DNA of 64,000 nucleotides. Source: an uncultured Myxococcales bacterium. Its GTDB lineage: Bacteria; Myxococcota_A; UBA9160; SZUA-336. The stretch is taken from the NCBI GenBank assembly GCA_964454165.1, contig CAYVQJ010000100.1:7594-71593 (forward strand). The letters run 5' to 3'. The position numbers were made by a program, and so were the translations under genes. A model generated the notes under the pieces. The model was not told the DNA's origin. It worked only from the letters and a program-made list of their open reading frames with translations, and made no database searches. Positions 35,724-43,536 of this stretch are shown piece by piece (position 1 is the first letter of the stretch; each line of letters starts with the position of its first letter).

Positions 35724-36629
35724 TTGGATCTCCGGGAACGCCGCATCGCCGGGATCGTGCGGGACTTCATGGAGGCGTACGAGCGCTCGGGTCGCGTCGG
35801 CGATCGACTCGAGAGCGGCACGCTCGAGTTCAAGGACGTCGAGTCGCTGGTCGGCGAGGGCGAGGAGGCCACGCTTTTCCGCCTGAAGGAGGAGTGCCAC
35901 GCGCTGTTCCGGCTCGACACCGCGAACGCGCGCGAGGACCTGCTGGCCGAGGAGCTGTTCGATCTCGCCGTTGGCGCGCTCTTCCACGAGGCGATGAAGT
36001 TCCGAGAGAGCTACTACACGACGACGACCTACGGCCCGCGCCTCGAGGGGCTGATGGCCGCAGGCGGAGAGCCGGGTCCGCTGGTCTCTGCGTTCCGGCG
36101 CCTGTTCGACGCGGGGCGCCGGCGCATGCTCGAGAGCCAGGCCGAGACGCGCGAGCTGTTCCGCGTGACGCGCGACCAGCTGCTGGTGTTGCTGCGGCAG
36201 CTCCCGGAGAGCGGCGCGCTGGCGCGCACGCTGGTCGAGGACCCGGCCAGGGCCGAGCGTGTGTTCGACACGCCGTTCGACGCGCTGCTCGCGGCGATCT
36301 ACGGCTCCGCGCAGCAGGGCCAGCGGCTGGCGGTGCAGAGCCTGGTCGAGGGCGGTCACTACACCGACGCCGCCGAGCTGCTCGACGGCTGCGACGCCTC
36401 GCGCCCCCGGGGTCGGGGCGCCGGGGCTTTCGCGCGTGGGATGGCGCGCTACTACAGCGGCGATTTCAGCGGGGCGCTCGACGACCTGGCGGGCTGGATC
36501 GGGTCGGGGCTCGCGGGAGAGGCGCGCTGGCGCGAACACGCCCGGCGCGCGCTCAGAGCGCTCGCCGGCGACGACGCACCGGACGCCGCCCTCGTCCAGC
36601 GGGCCCGAGAGCTACTCGGCTCGCTCTAG
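35724..36629 (+). CDS. hypothetical protein (301 aa, helical, no motif recognised)
   Basis: Long ORF with host-like codon bias and a TTG start. Divergent from the MFS gene. Confidence 0.45.
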   Translation: MDLRERRIAGIVRDFMEAYERSGRVGDRLESGTLEFKDVESLVGEGEEATLFRLKEECHALFRLDTANAREDLLAEELFDLAVGALFHEAMKFRESYYTTTTYGPRLEGLMAAGGEPGPLVSAFRRLFDAGRRRMLESQAETRELFRVTRDQLLVLLRQLPESGALARTLVEDPARAERVFDTPFDALLAAIYGSAQQGQRLAVQSLVEGGHYTDAAELLDGCDASRPRGRGAGAFARGMARYYSGDFSGALDDLAGWIGSGLAGEARWREHARRALRALAGDDAPDAALVQRARELLGSL

Positions 36630-37373
36630 CGCGCGACGGCCGCGCAGCCACAACGCCGCGCCGAGGCCGATGCTGGCCAGCGCCGTCAGCTGCGCGTTGC
36701 TGAACGGACCGAGCAGCGGGGGGTTGTGCCGGAACAGCTCGATCCACAGCCGTCCGATCCCGGCGAAGACCAGATACTCGCCGAACACCGACGGCGAGCC
36801 ACGCTGCCGGCGCCAGAGCCAGGCGCAGAGCGCGAACAGCCAGGCCGCTTCGTAGAGCTGCGTCGGGTGGACCGGGACCTCCGTCGGCTCCACGCCGTTC
36901 GGAAATGCTACGCCGAAGGGGCCGTCGGTCGGCAGTCCCCAGTCGTCGCCGACCAGGAAGCAGCCGATGCGCCCGATCGCCTGTCCGACGGCGAGCGACG
37001 CGGCGGTGCCGTTCATCACGCGCTCGAGTGACAGCCGCGCCGAGCGCGCGACCCAGAGCACCGCGATCGCGCCGCCGACGAGGCCGCCGTACCAGGTGAT
37101 GCCGCCGCGCGAGAGCAGCGGGCCGCCGACGACGAAGAGCATCTCGCGCAGCCCTGGATCGCGCGAGAGCGCCTCCGCGACGTACCAGAGCTTCGAGCCG
37201 AGCACGCCGCCGACCATCGCCCAGGTCAGCAAGCGCCAGGCGGCGTCGACCGGAAGCTCGACGCGCGGGAAGCTCCTCGCGGCGAGCCAGCCCGCGACCA
37301 GGAACGCGATGGCGAGCGCGGCGCCGAAGCTCGACAGCTCGAAGCCGCCGATCTGGAACAACGTCGGGTACAC
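36612..37373 (-). CDS. lgt: prolipoprotein diacylglyceryl transferase
   Basis: GGITWYGGLVGG, GRIGCFLVGDDWG, HPTQLYEA. Confidence 0.9.
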   Translation of the reverse strand: MYPTLFQIGGFELSSFGAALAIAFLVAGWLAARSFPRVELPVDAAWRLLTWAMVGGVLGSKLWYVAEALSRDPGLREMLFVVGGPLLSRGGITWYGGLVGGAIAVLWVARSARLSLERVMNGTAASLAVGQAIGRIGCFLVGDDWGLPTDGPFGVAFPNGVEPTEVPVHPTQLYEAAWLFALCAWLWRRQRGSPSVFGEYLVFAGIGRLWIELFRHNPPLLGPFSNAQLTALASIGLGAALWLRGRRALERAE

Positions 37374-37382
37374 GGGGTCTCC

Positions 37383-38702
37383 TTACGTCCGGTTCGCGGC
37401 GCCGCCGAGCCAGGCGAGCAACAGCTCGCGGCGGTTCTCCTCGGGATGCTCCAGCACGCGCCGCCGCAGACGCGCGAGCCAGCGTCCGACCTCGGGGCCC
37501 GCGGGGAGCTGCAGCCGGTCCATCACGTCACGGCCGCTGAGCGCGAGCTTCGGCGTCCGCGCTCCGGCGTCACCGCGCGGCAGCGCGCCCAACCGCGCGA
37601 CGAGCTCGTCCCACGCCGGCGGTGCGCGGCGGTCGGGCGCGCGCGAGGCCAGGTCCGCGCGGCGCAGCTCGAGCAGGTCGGGCAGGAGATCGGGCGCGAT
37701 GCGCGCGACCAGTCGGCGCAGCGCGGCGCGCGTGTGCAGACGCTCGGGGAACAGCAGGTGATGGCGCACCAGCGCGCCGAGCCTGCGCGCGTCGCGACGC
37801 GAGAGCCGCAGGCGAGCCGCGACGCGACGCACGTGCGGCGCCGCCAGGTGATCGTGCCGGTGGAACGCGAAGTCGCCTGTCTGCGACCGCCACGCCTTGG
37901 TCTCCGGCTTGGCGACGTCGTGCAGCACGGCTGCCAGGCGCAGGATTGGCTTGGCCGCGACCAGGTCGCAGACCGCGAGCGTGTGGTGATACACGTCGTC
38001 GGCGTGAAAGCGGTTCTGCGCGACGCCGACGGTGCGCAGCAGCTCGGGCAGCACGACGGCCAGAGCGCCGAGGTAGCGCAGGCGCTCGAGCACTCGAGCG
38101 GGCTCCGGGAGCGCGAGCAGGCGCCAGAGCTCGTCGCGCACGCGCTCGCCTGGCGCTGCGTGCAAGAGAGGCGCGCCCCGCTCGAAGGCGCGCTCGGTCG
38201 CCGGCTCTGCCGCGAGGCCGAGCTCGCGCTCCAGCCGCACGCCGCGCAGGATGCGCAGCGGATCGTCGACGATCGCGCGCGCGGGATCGGGCGCGCGCAG
38301 GGTGCCTGCGCGCAGGTCGGCGCGGCCGCCCAGCGGATCGACGAACTTCGCCGCGCCCGGATCCCAGGCGATCGCGTTCACGCTGAAGTCGCGCAGCCGC
38401 AGGTCCTCGGTGAGCGTCGCCGCCCCACCGCGCGGGCACGCGATCTCGACCCGCGGCTCGGCGCCTTGCTCCGGCAGGAGCAGCACGTGTGCCGACTGCG
38501 CGTCGATCGGGACGGCCTCGGGGACCGCGCGCGCCGCCGCCTCGAGGTCGCTCTCGACGAGCAGGTCGAAGTCGCGCACGGGCCGCCCGATCAACGCGTC
38601 GCGCACCGCGCCGCCGACCACGAACACACGAATCCCGGCCGCGGAAAGCCGCGCTACGGCCTCGCGCGCGCGCGGCGGCAGCTCCGGCGCCCTCTCCTCC
38701 AT
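37383..38702 (-). CDS. cca: CCA-adding tRNA nucleotidyltransferase with HD domain
   Basis: VFVVGGAVRDALIGRPVRDFDLLV, RDFSVNAIA, DPLRILRGVR, HHTLAV...LHDVAKP. The ATG at 38702 was chosen downstream of the repeat-derived ORF extension. Confidence 0.85.
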   Translation of the reverse strand: MEERAPELPPRAREAVARLSAAGIRVFVVGGAVRDALIGRPVRDFDLLVESDLEAAARAVPEAVPIDAQSAHVLLLPEQGAEPRVEIACPRGGAATLTEDLRLRDFSVNAIAWDPGAAKFVDPLGGRADLRAGTLRAPDPARAIVDDPLRILRGVRLERELGLAAEPATERAFERGAPLLHAAPGERVRDELWRLLALPEPARVLERLRYLGALAVVLPELLRTVGVAQNRFHADDVYHHTLAVCDLVAAKPILRLAAVLHDVAKPETKAWRSQTGDFAFHRHDHLAAPHVRRVAARLRLSRRDARRLGALVRHHLLFPERLHTRAALRRLVARIAPDLLPDLLELRRADLASRAPDRRAPPAWDELVARLGALPRGDAGARTPKLALSGRDVMDRLQLPAGPEVGRWLARLRRRVLEHPEENRRELLLAWLGGAANRT

Positions 38703-38718
38703 TCGCGCCGAGCTTAGC

Positions 38719-38867
38719 GGCAAGCGCTGCGCGAGCGGAGGGCGCTCGGCGACAGCCGTCGCGGCAAAGGGCAAGCGCTGCGCGCGCGCAGCGAGCGCGT
38801 CTCGCGCGAGCGGAGGCCGCTCGGCGACAGCCGTCGCGGCAAAGGGCAAGCGCTGCGCGCGCGCAGC
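38719..38867. repeat. tandem direct repeat, 75-bp period (2 full units + partial), same family as the dispersed repeat
   Basis: 38733..38792 vs 38808..38867 are 59/60 identical. A 15-nt spacer separates them. A partial unit end lies at 38719..38732. Confidence 0.85.
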
Positions 38868-40319
38868 CTACGACGCTCGCGCGCGCAGCTCCTTCTCCAG
38901 CGCCGCGAGCTGCTCCGGAAACGACTCGCGCGCGGCGCGGATGAAGCCGGGGATGCGGCGCACCTCGAAGAAATCCGGGATGCCGTCTCGCAGCTCGAAC
39001 CGCAGCAGCTCGATGTCGGATCGCCGCGACAGCAGCTCCACGTCGCGATCGTGCATCGTCTGGATCCCCGCCGCGGCGACCGTCTGCAGCAGGCGCAGCT
39101 TGCCGAAGCGCCCCGCAAGGCTCCGGTACTGCGTGACCGGGCTCGTGAGCTTGGCCGACAGGATCACCAGGCGGTGGCGACGCTCGGCGCCAGCGGCGCG
39201 GTCCAGGTCCCACTTGCGCGCGATCGACCAGAGCGGGACGTCCTCGGTCGTCGAGCCGTCGACGTACGGCACCAAGCACTCGCCGCGCCGCACCCTGCGA
39301 GGCCACGCCAGCAGCGGAACGGCCGACGAGGCCAGCGCCGCTTCGCGCGCGTCGGTCTGCGCCAGCAGCTCGCCCAGGTGCGGCGGGACCGGGCACGGCG
39401 TCAGCACCTCGGGCCGGCACTCGGAGAGGTTGAAGGCCAGCGCGTAGAAGGGCCGGCGCGGGCGCAGCGTGGCACAGTAGTGGTCGAGCATACGCCCGAG
39501 CGCGCCGCCCAGGTCGAGAAAGCCAGCGCGGGCGGCGTCGCTCGACGGCGCCAGCGCATCGCGGAGCAGGTGGCGCAGCACCTGGAACGCGGAGGGTCGC
39601 AGCGCCAGATCGTAGCGGCCGGTGTACAGGTCGTAGCCCGCCTGCTCGATCGCCTGCGGCGACAATCCATGGCTGTAAAGCAGCGAAACGACGGCCCCAC
39701 CACTCGAGCCCCAGAACTCTTCGACGTGGTCGGCGATCCCGACGCGCTCGAGCAGCCGCAAGAGCGGTGCGTGCGCGAACAGCTTGAGCCCGCCGGATCC
39801 CAGCGCGAGCACCAGCCGCGTGTCGGGATCCGCACACAACTCGCGGAGCGCGCGGAAACGCTCGGAGAGGTCGCCCGCGCCCTCGGCCGCGCCGTTCGGC
39901 ACGATCTGCCAGACGTAGCTGCGCTTACCGCCGGCGCGATCGAGCACGAACCCGTCCGGCGGCACGCTGCGGTTCCGGCCGAGGAAGCGCACGTGTACCT
40001 CGCCCGCGGCGCGCTCCTCCGCGAGCAGCCGGGCGAGTACCGAGAGCCGCGCCTCCTCCGGCGGGGTCTCCGCTCCCGAGCCGTCGTCGTGCACCAGGAA
40101 GCGCACCGGGAGCTCGCGCTCATCGAGCGTGCGCAGCAGGCGCAGCGCGCGCGCGTGAGCGCGCCCCTGCAAGAGCTCCTCGCCTGCGAGCCAGTAGCTG
40201 CCGTCCGCGCTGCAGAAGCGGAACGGCGAGCCGCGCTGCTCCGCGTGCTCGGCGGGCAGGTTTCGCAGCTCTTGCGGCAGATCGACCGCGACCTGATAGA
40301 GGCTTCCCACGCGTCGCAA
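38868..40319 (-). CDS. patatin-like phospholipase with ~165-aa N-terminal domain of unknown function
   Basis: LALGSGGLKLFAH (oxyanion GxGxxG), WGSSGGA (GxSxG), DGS (catalytic Asp). Confidence 0.75.
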   Translation of the reverse strand: MRRVGSLYQVAVDLPQELRNLPAEHAEQRGSPFRFCSADGSYWLAGEELLQGRAHARALRLLRTLDERELPVRFLVHDDGSGAETPPEEARLSVLARLLAEERAAGEVHVRFLGRNRSVPPDGFVLDRAGGKRSYVWQIVPNGAAEGAGDLSERFRALRELCADPDTRLVLALGSGGLKLFAHAPLLRLLERVGIADHVEEFWGSSGGAVVSLLYSHGLSPQAIEQAGYDLYTGRYDLALRPSAFQVLRHLLRDALAPSSDAARAGFLDLGGALGRMLDHYCATLRPRRPFYALAFNLSECRPEVLTPCPVPPHLGELLAQTDAREAALASSAVPLLAWPRRVRRGECLVPYVDGSTTEDVPLWSIARKWDLDRAAGAERRHRLVILSAKLTSPVTQYRSLAGRFGKLRLLQTVAAAGIQTMHDRDVELLSRRSDIELLRFELRDGIPDFFEVRRIPGFIRAARESFPEQLAALEKELRARAS

Positions 40320-40421
40320 CCCCGTCTTCCAAGTGTTTCGGAAGAAGGCGTCGGTGTCGTGAGCGGTCGCGCGCTGTCCGAGGCTGCCGCCGCCTGAACC
40401 CGTGTTGCGCCTGTCGTGGGC

Positions 40422-41132
40422 CTACGGGTTGGGGAAGGACACGCGGAACTCGGCGCCCTTGCCCTCGGCGGAGCGGAGCTCGACGGATCCGCCGTGCGCC
40501 TCGGCGATGCGCCGCACGATCGCGAGTCCGAGGCCTGCCCCGCGCGCGCGGCTCGCGTCGAGCGAGGTGAAGGGCTGGAACACGCGCCCGTGATCCCCTG
40601 GCGCGATGCCGCGGCCGTTGTCGGCGACGCAGAGCACGACGGCGTCGGGCTGCGTCTCGAAGTGGATCCGGACGCGCCGGCTCGGCCCGTCGCCCATGTG
40701 GCGGATCGCATTGGTGACCAGGTTCGAGACCACCTGGTAGAAGTGCAGCGGATCGGCCCAGACCGGCGGCGCCAGCTCCGGCAGCTCGAGCCAGACGTCG
40801 CGCTCCTCGAGCTCGGGCTTGAGCTCGGCCGCGAGCCCGCGCAGCACGTCGAACGTCGGCTCGAGGCGCCTGCGCGTGACGTCGTGTCGGAGACGGGACA
40901 GCTCGAGCAGGCCGTCGAGCAGGCCCTGGATCCGGTCCAGCCCGTCGCGCAGGCGCTCGACGTAGCCGCGCCCGACCTCGCCGAGCACGGGACTGAAGTC
41001 GCGTTCGAGCAGGCGCGCGAACCCGCGCGCGGAGCACAGCGGCCCGCGCAGATCGTGAGCGACGCTGTGGATGCAGCCCTCGAGCTCTGCGGTGTCGCGT
41101 TTTCTGCTGCCGGAATCCGCTGTTTCAGCCAA
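40422..41132 (-). CDS. sensor-less histidine kinase (DHp + HATPase_c only); start uncertain (TTG 41132 up to 41273)
   Basis: H-box HSVAHDLRGPL, N-box VSNLVTNAIRH, DNGRGI, GAGLGLAIV. There is no TM or sensor domain. GGGAG lies 6 nt upstream of the TTG at 41132. Confidence 0.7.
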   Translation of the reverse strand: MAETADSGSRKRDTAELEGCIHSVAHDLRGPLCSARGFARLLERDFSPVLGEVGRGYVERLRDGLDRIQGLLDGLLELSRLRHDVTRRRLEPTFDVLRGLAAELKPELEERDVWLELPELAPPVWADPLHFYQVVSNLVTNAIRHMGDGPSRRVRIHFETQPDAVVLCVADNGRGIAPGDHGRVFQPFTSLDASRARGAGLGLAIVRRIAEAHGGSVELRSAEGKGAEFRVSFPNP

Positions 41133-41155
41133 GCCCTGCTCCCGAACGCGCGCGC

Positions 41156-41185
41156 AGTCTAACAGGGTGATTTTTCGACGGTCAA
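41156..41185 (-). promoter_or_regulatory. sigma70-like promoter candidate for the histidine kinase
   Basis: On the minus strand, TTGACC - 18 nt - TAGACT, in an AT-richer patch (gtcgaaaaatcaccc). Confidence 0.3.
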
Positions 41186-41216
41186 CGCACGGGGCACGGT
41201 CCTCATCGGAGATCTC

Positions 41217-41273
41217 GTGACGTCGGTGTGACGGCTGCACAGGCGCGAGCCCGCTTGTGACGCATTCCGTCAC
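41217..41273. promoter_or_regulatory. cluster of four GTGACG hexamers including a perfect inverted repeat
   Basis: GTGACG at 41217, 41228 and 41257, and CGTCAC at 41268. 41257..41273 reads GTGACG-cattc-CGTCAC. The first two copies are 11 bp apart. Confidence 0.25.
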
Positions 41274-41426
41274 CGAGACGCACTCTGCGGCTCGCGGCGA
41301 CCTCGCCCCTGCGCGTTGACAGCCGAGGCCCTCCGAGTAGGCTTCCCGCCGTCGCGCCGCACCCCTGCCCGGCGCGGCTGCCGCCGGAATGCGCTCGGGC
41401 GCGGTGCTTGCTAGTCGCTAGACCTC

Positions 41427-42029
41427 GTGAGACGCCTCGGAGGACACGCATTGCGAAGGCACCAGTGGCGCGCGATCGCGGCCAGCCTGTTCTTGCTGTG
41501 CGCTCCCGGCTACTGGCTGGCGCCCGCCGTGGAGGCGGGCGTGGCCTGTGACGGCTGCGCGTTCCCTCCCGTCTCCGCGGAGCAGGCGCAGCAGGACCGC
41601 ATGGTCGGCGTTCTGGAGCGCGCGAACCCGAATCTGGGCCGCGAGCTGTCGACGCGCATCGCCGACTCCGTGCTGCGCTGCAGCAACGAGAATGGACTCG
41701 CCGCGGACCTGGTGCTGGCCGTGATGCTGGTGGAGAGCAGCGGCCGGCCGTCCGCCCGCAGCCCCAAGGGGGCGATCGGCCTGATGCAGGTGATGCCGCA
41801 CATGTTCGAGGAGCTCGAGCTGCCGGGCAGCATCGCGCACGTCGAGACCAACGTGGAGGCAGGCTGCCTGCTGCTCGCCGACAACGTGCGCAGGCTCGGC
41901 GAGGCCGACGGCATCTCGTCGTACTTCTGGGGCAGCTCGATCCGAGGCGACGCTTACCTGAAGCGTGTCCGCACCATCCGTCGCACCCTCGCCATGCCCG
42001 TGCGCGGGCGCGCGCGGGGACAGGGTTGA
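41427..42029 (+). CDS. lytic transglycosylase (SLT domain), secreted
   Basis: LVLAVMLVESSGRPSARSPKGAIGLMQVMP (catalytic E-S motif). N-terminal signal-like AIAASLFLLCAPG. Confidence 0.75.
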   Translation: MRRLGGHALRRHQWRAIAASLFLLCAPGYWLAPAVEAGVACDGCAFPPVSAEQAQQDRMVGVLERANPNLGRELSTRIADSVLRCSNENGLAADLVLAVMLVESSGRPSARSPKGAIGLMQVMPHMFEELELPGSIAHVETNVEAGCLLLADNVRRLGEADGISSYFWGSSIRGDAYLKRVRTIRRTLAMPVRGRARGQG

Positions 42030-42877
42030 GCGCCGAGCTCGACGTCGATCATTTCGCGGCCGCCGGCGGACTCGCGCTGCGCCGCCGGCGCTGGAGCGGG
42101 GAGCGCGCCGAGCGCGTGATTGCGCTGGTGCATGGCTTCGCGGAGCACTCGGGGCGCTACGACGGGGTCGCGCGGCGGCTGGTGGCGCGCGGCTTTCGCG
42201 TGCACGGCTTCGACCAGCGCGGACACGGCGAGAGCGAGGGGCCGCGCAACCACGTCAGTCGCTTCGAGCTCCTGCTCGACGACATCGAGCGTTTCCTGGC
42301 CGTCGTGCGCGGCGAAGAAGGAGCGCGCCCGCTGCTCTTGCTCGGGCACAGCATGGGCGGGCTCGAGACGATCCGGCTGCTCGCCGACCGGCGCCCGAAC
42401 GTCGCAGCGGCGGTCGTCTCCGGGCCCGCACTCGCGCTCGGCGGCGGCGTCTCGCGGCTTCGCCTGTTGCTTGCCCGCGCGCTCTCCCGTGTCGCGCCGC
42501 GACTGCGCGTCCCGACCGGGCTCCCCGCGACGGGCCTGTCGCGCGATCCCGAGGTCGTGCGGGCCTACCAGACGGATCCGCTGATCTCGACCGCCGCCAG
42601 CGCGCGGCTGGCCGCCGAGCTGCTTCGGGCGACCGGGACCGCGATCCGCGCCGCGACGCGCATCCAGGTGCCGCTGCTCATCGTGCATGGCGAGGCCGAC
42701 CCGCTCTGCGACGTCGCCGGCAGCCGCGAGTTTGCCCGCCTCGCCGGATCCGGCGTGGACCTCCGCACCTACCCGGGGCTGCTGCACGAGGTGCTGTTCG
42801 AGCCGGAAGGCCCGGAGGTGCTCGACGACGTGGTGGCCTGGATCGAGCGGCGGGTGCCCCTCGCGAGTGCGGCGTGA
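42026..42877 (+). CDS. alpha/beta hydrolase (lysophospholipase / monoacylglycerol lipase-like)
   Basis: IALVHGFAEHSGRY, DQRGHGES, GHSMGG, IVHGEADP. The TTG start overlaps the upstream stop. Confidence 0.75.
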   Translation: MSAELDVDHFAAAGGLALRRRRWSGERAERVIALVHGFAEHSGRYDGVARRLVARGFRVHGFDQRGHGESEGPRNHVSRFELLLDDIERFLAVVRGEEGARPLLLLGHSMGGLETIRLLADRRPNVAAAVVSGPALALGGGVSRLRLLLARALSRVAPRLRVPTGLPATGLSRDPEVVRAYQTDPLISTAASARLAAELLRATGTAIRAATRIQVPLLIVHGEADPLCDVAGSREFARLAGSGVDLRTYPGLLHEVLFEPEGPEVLDDVVAWIERRVPLASAA

Positions 42878-42878
42878 A

Positions 42879-43367
42879 GTGAAGGGAGCGGGCTCGAGCC
42901 ACTTCGACGACCGCGGGCGCGCGCGCATGGTCGACGTGGGCGCCAAGCCCGTGACGCGGCGCGAGGCGGTGGCCGAGGGCACCGTGCGCCTGTCTCGCGC
43001 GGCCTTCGACGCGGTCGCGTCCGGCACCGCGCACAAGGGCGACGTGCTCGGCGTGGCCCGCATCGCCGGAATCCAGGCCGCCAAGCGCACGGCCGAGTGG
43101 ATCCCGCTGGCGCATCCGCTCGGGCTCGACTCGGTCGAAGTCGCGTTCCAGAAGGCCCGCAGCCGGCGTGCGATCCGCATCGAGGCGCGCGCTGCGACCT
43201 CCGCCCGCACGGGAGTGGAGATGGAGGCGCTCGTCGCCGTCGCGTGCGCGGCGCTCACGATCTACGACATGTGCAAGTCGATCGACCGCGCCATCGAGAT
43301 CGGCGAGATCCGACTGCTACGCAAGACCGGCGGGAAGAGCGGAACGTACCGGCGGCGCCCGGCCTGA
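42879..43367 (+). CDS. moaC: cyclic pyranopterin monophosphate synthase
   Basis: MVDVGAKPVTRREA, KGDVLGVARIAGIQAAKRT, IPLAHPL, TGVEMEAL, TIYDMCK. Confidence 0.9.
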   Translation: MKGAGSSHFDDRGRARMVDVGAKPVTRREAVAEGTVRLSRAAFDAVASGTAHKGDVLGVARIAGIQAAKRTAEWIPLAHPLGLDSVEVAFQKARSRRAIRIEARAATSARTGVEMEALVAVACAALTIYDMCKSIDRAIEIGEIRLLRKTGGKSGTYRRRPA

Positions 43368-43370
43368 GCG

Positions 43371-43450
43371 GTGTACGGCCGCGGGCGGCCGCGGCCTACC
43401 GCCTTCGCTTGGGCGCGGCGCCCTCGCTGCGCGCGCTCCGCGCTTGCGCT
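43371..43450. repeat. GC-rich dispersed intergenic repeat, copy D
   Basis: gtacggccgcgggcggccgcggcct (43372..43396) is an exact reverse-complement match to 58659..58683. It is followed by ggcgccctcgctgcgcgcgctccgcgcttgcg. Confidence 0.8.
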
Positions 43451-43536
43451 CCTCTCCGCGTCTTGGGTCGCTCTCGTCGCCATGGCTTCTTGCCTTGTCA
43501 GCGGCTCCGGGCGAGGGGTACCCTCGCCGCCCGTCG

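Noticed and set aside
38703-38849. N-terminal extension of the cca ORF containing the repeated peptide LPFAATAVAERPPLA.
   Set aside because: The repetition is a by-product of the 75-bp-period DNA repeat. The conserved CCA-enzyme N-terminus begins at the ATG at 38702.
38719-38867. Possible miniature CRISPR array.
   Set aside because: There are only two full repeats. The repeat (60 nt) is longer than the 'spacer' (15 nt). No cas genes are present, and the unit belongs to a dispersed repeat family.
37383-40319. CBASS-like pairing of a nucleotidyltransferase with a patatin phospholipase.
   Set aside because: The nucleotidyltransferase is a canonical class II CCA-adding enzyme with an HD domain (GGAVRD..DFD, HDVAKP). 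The two genes are also separated by a repeat-filled promoter region.
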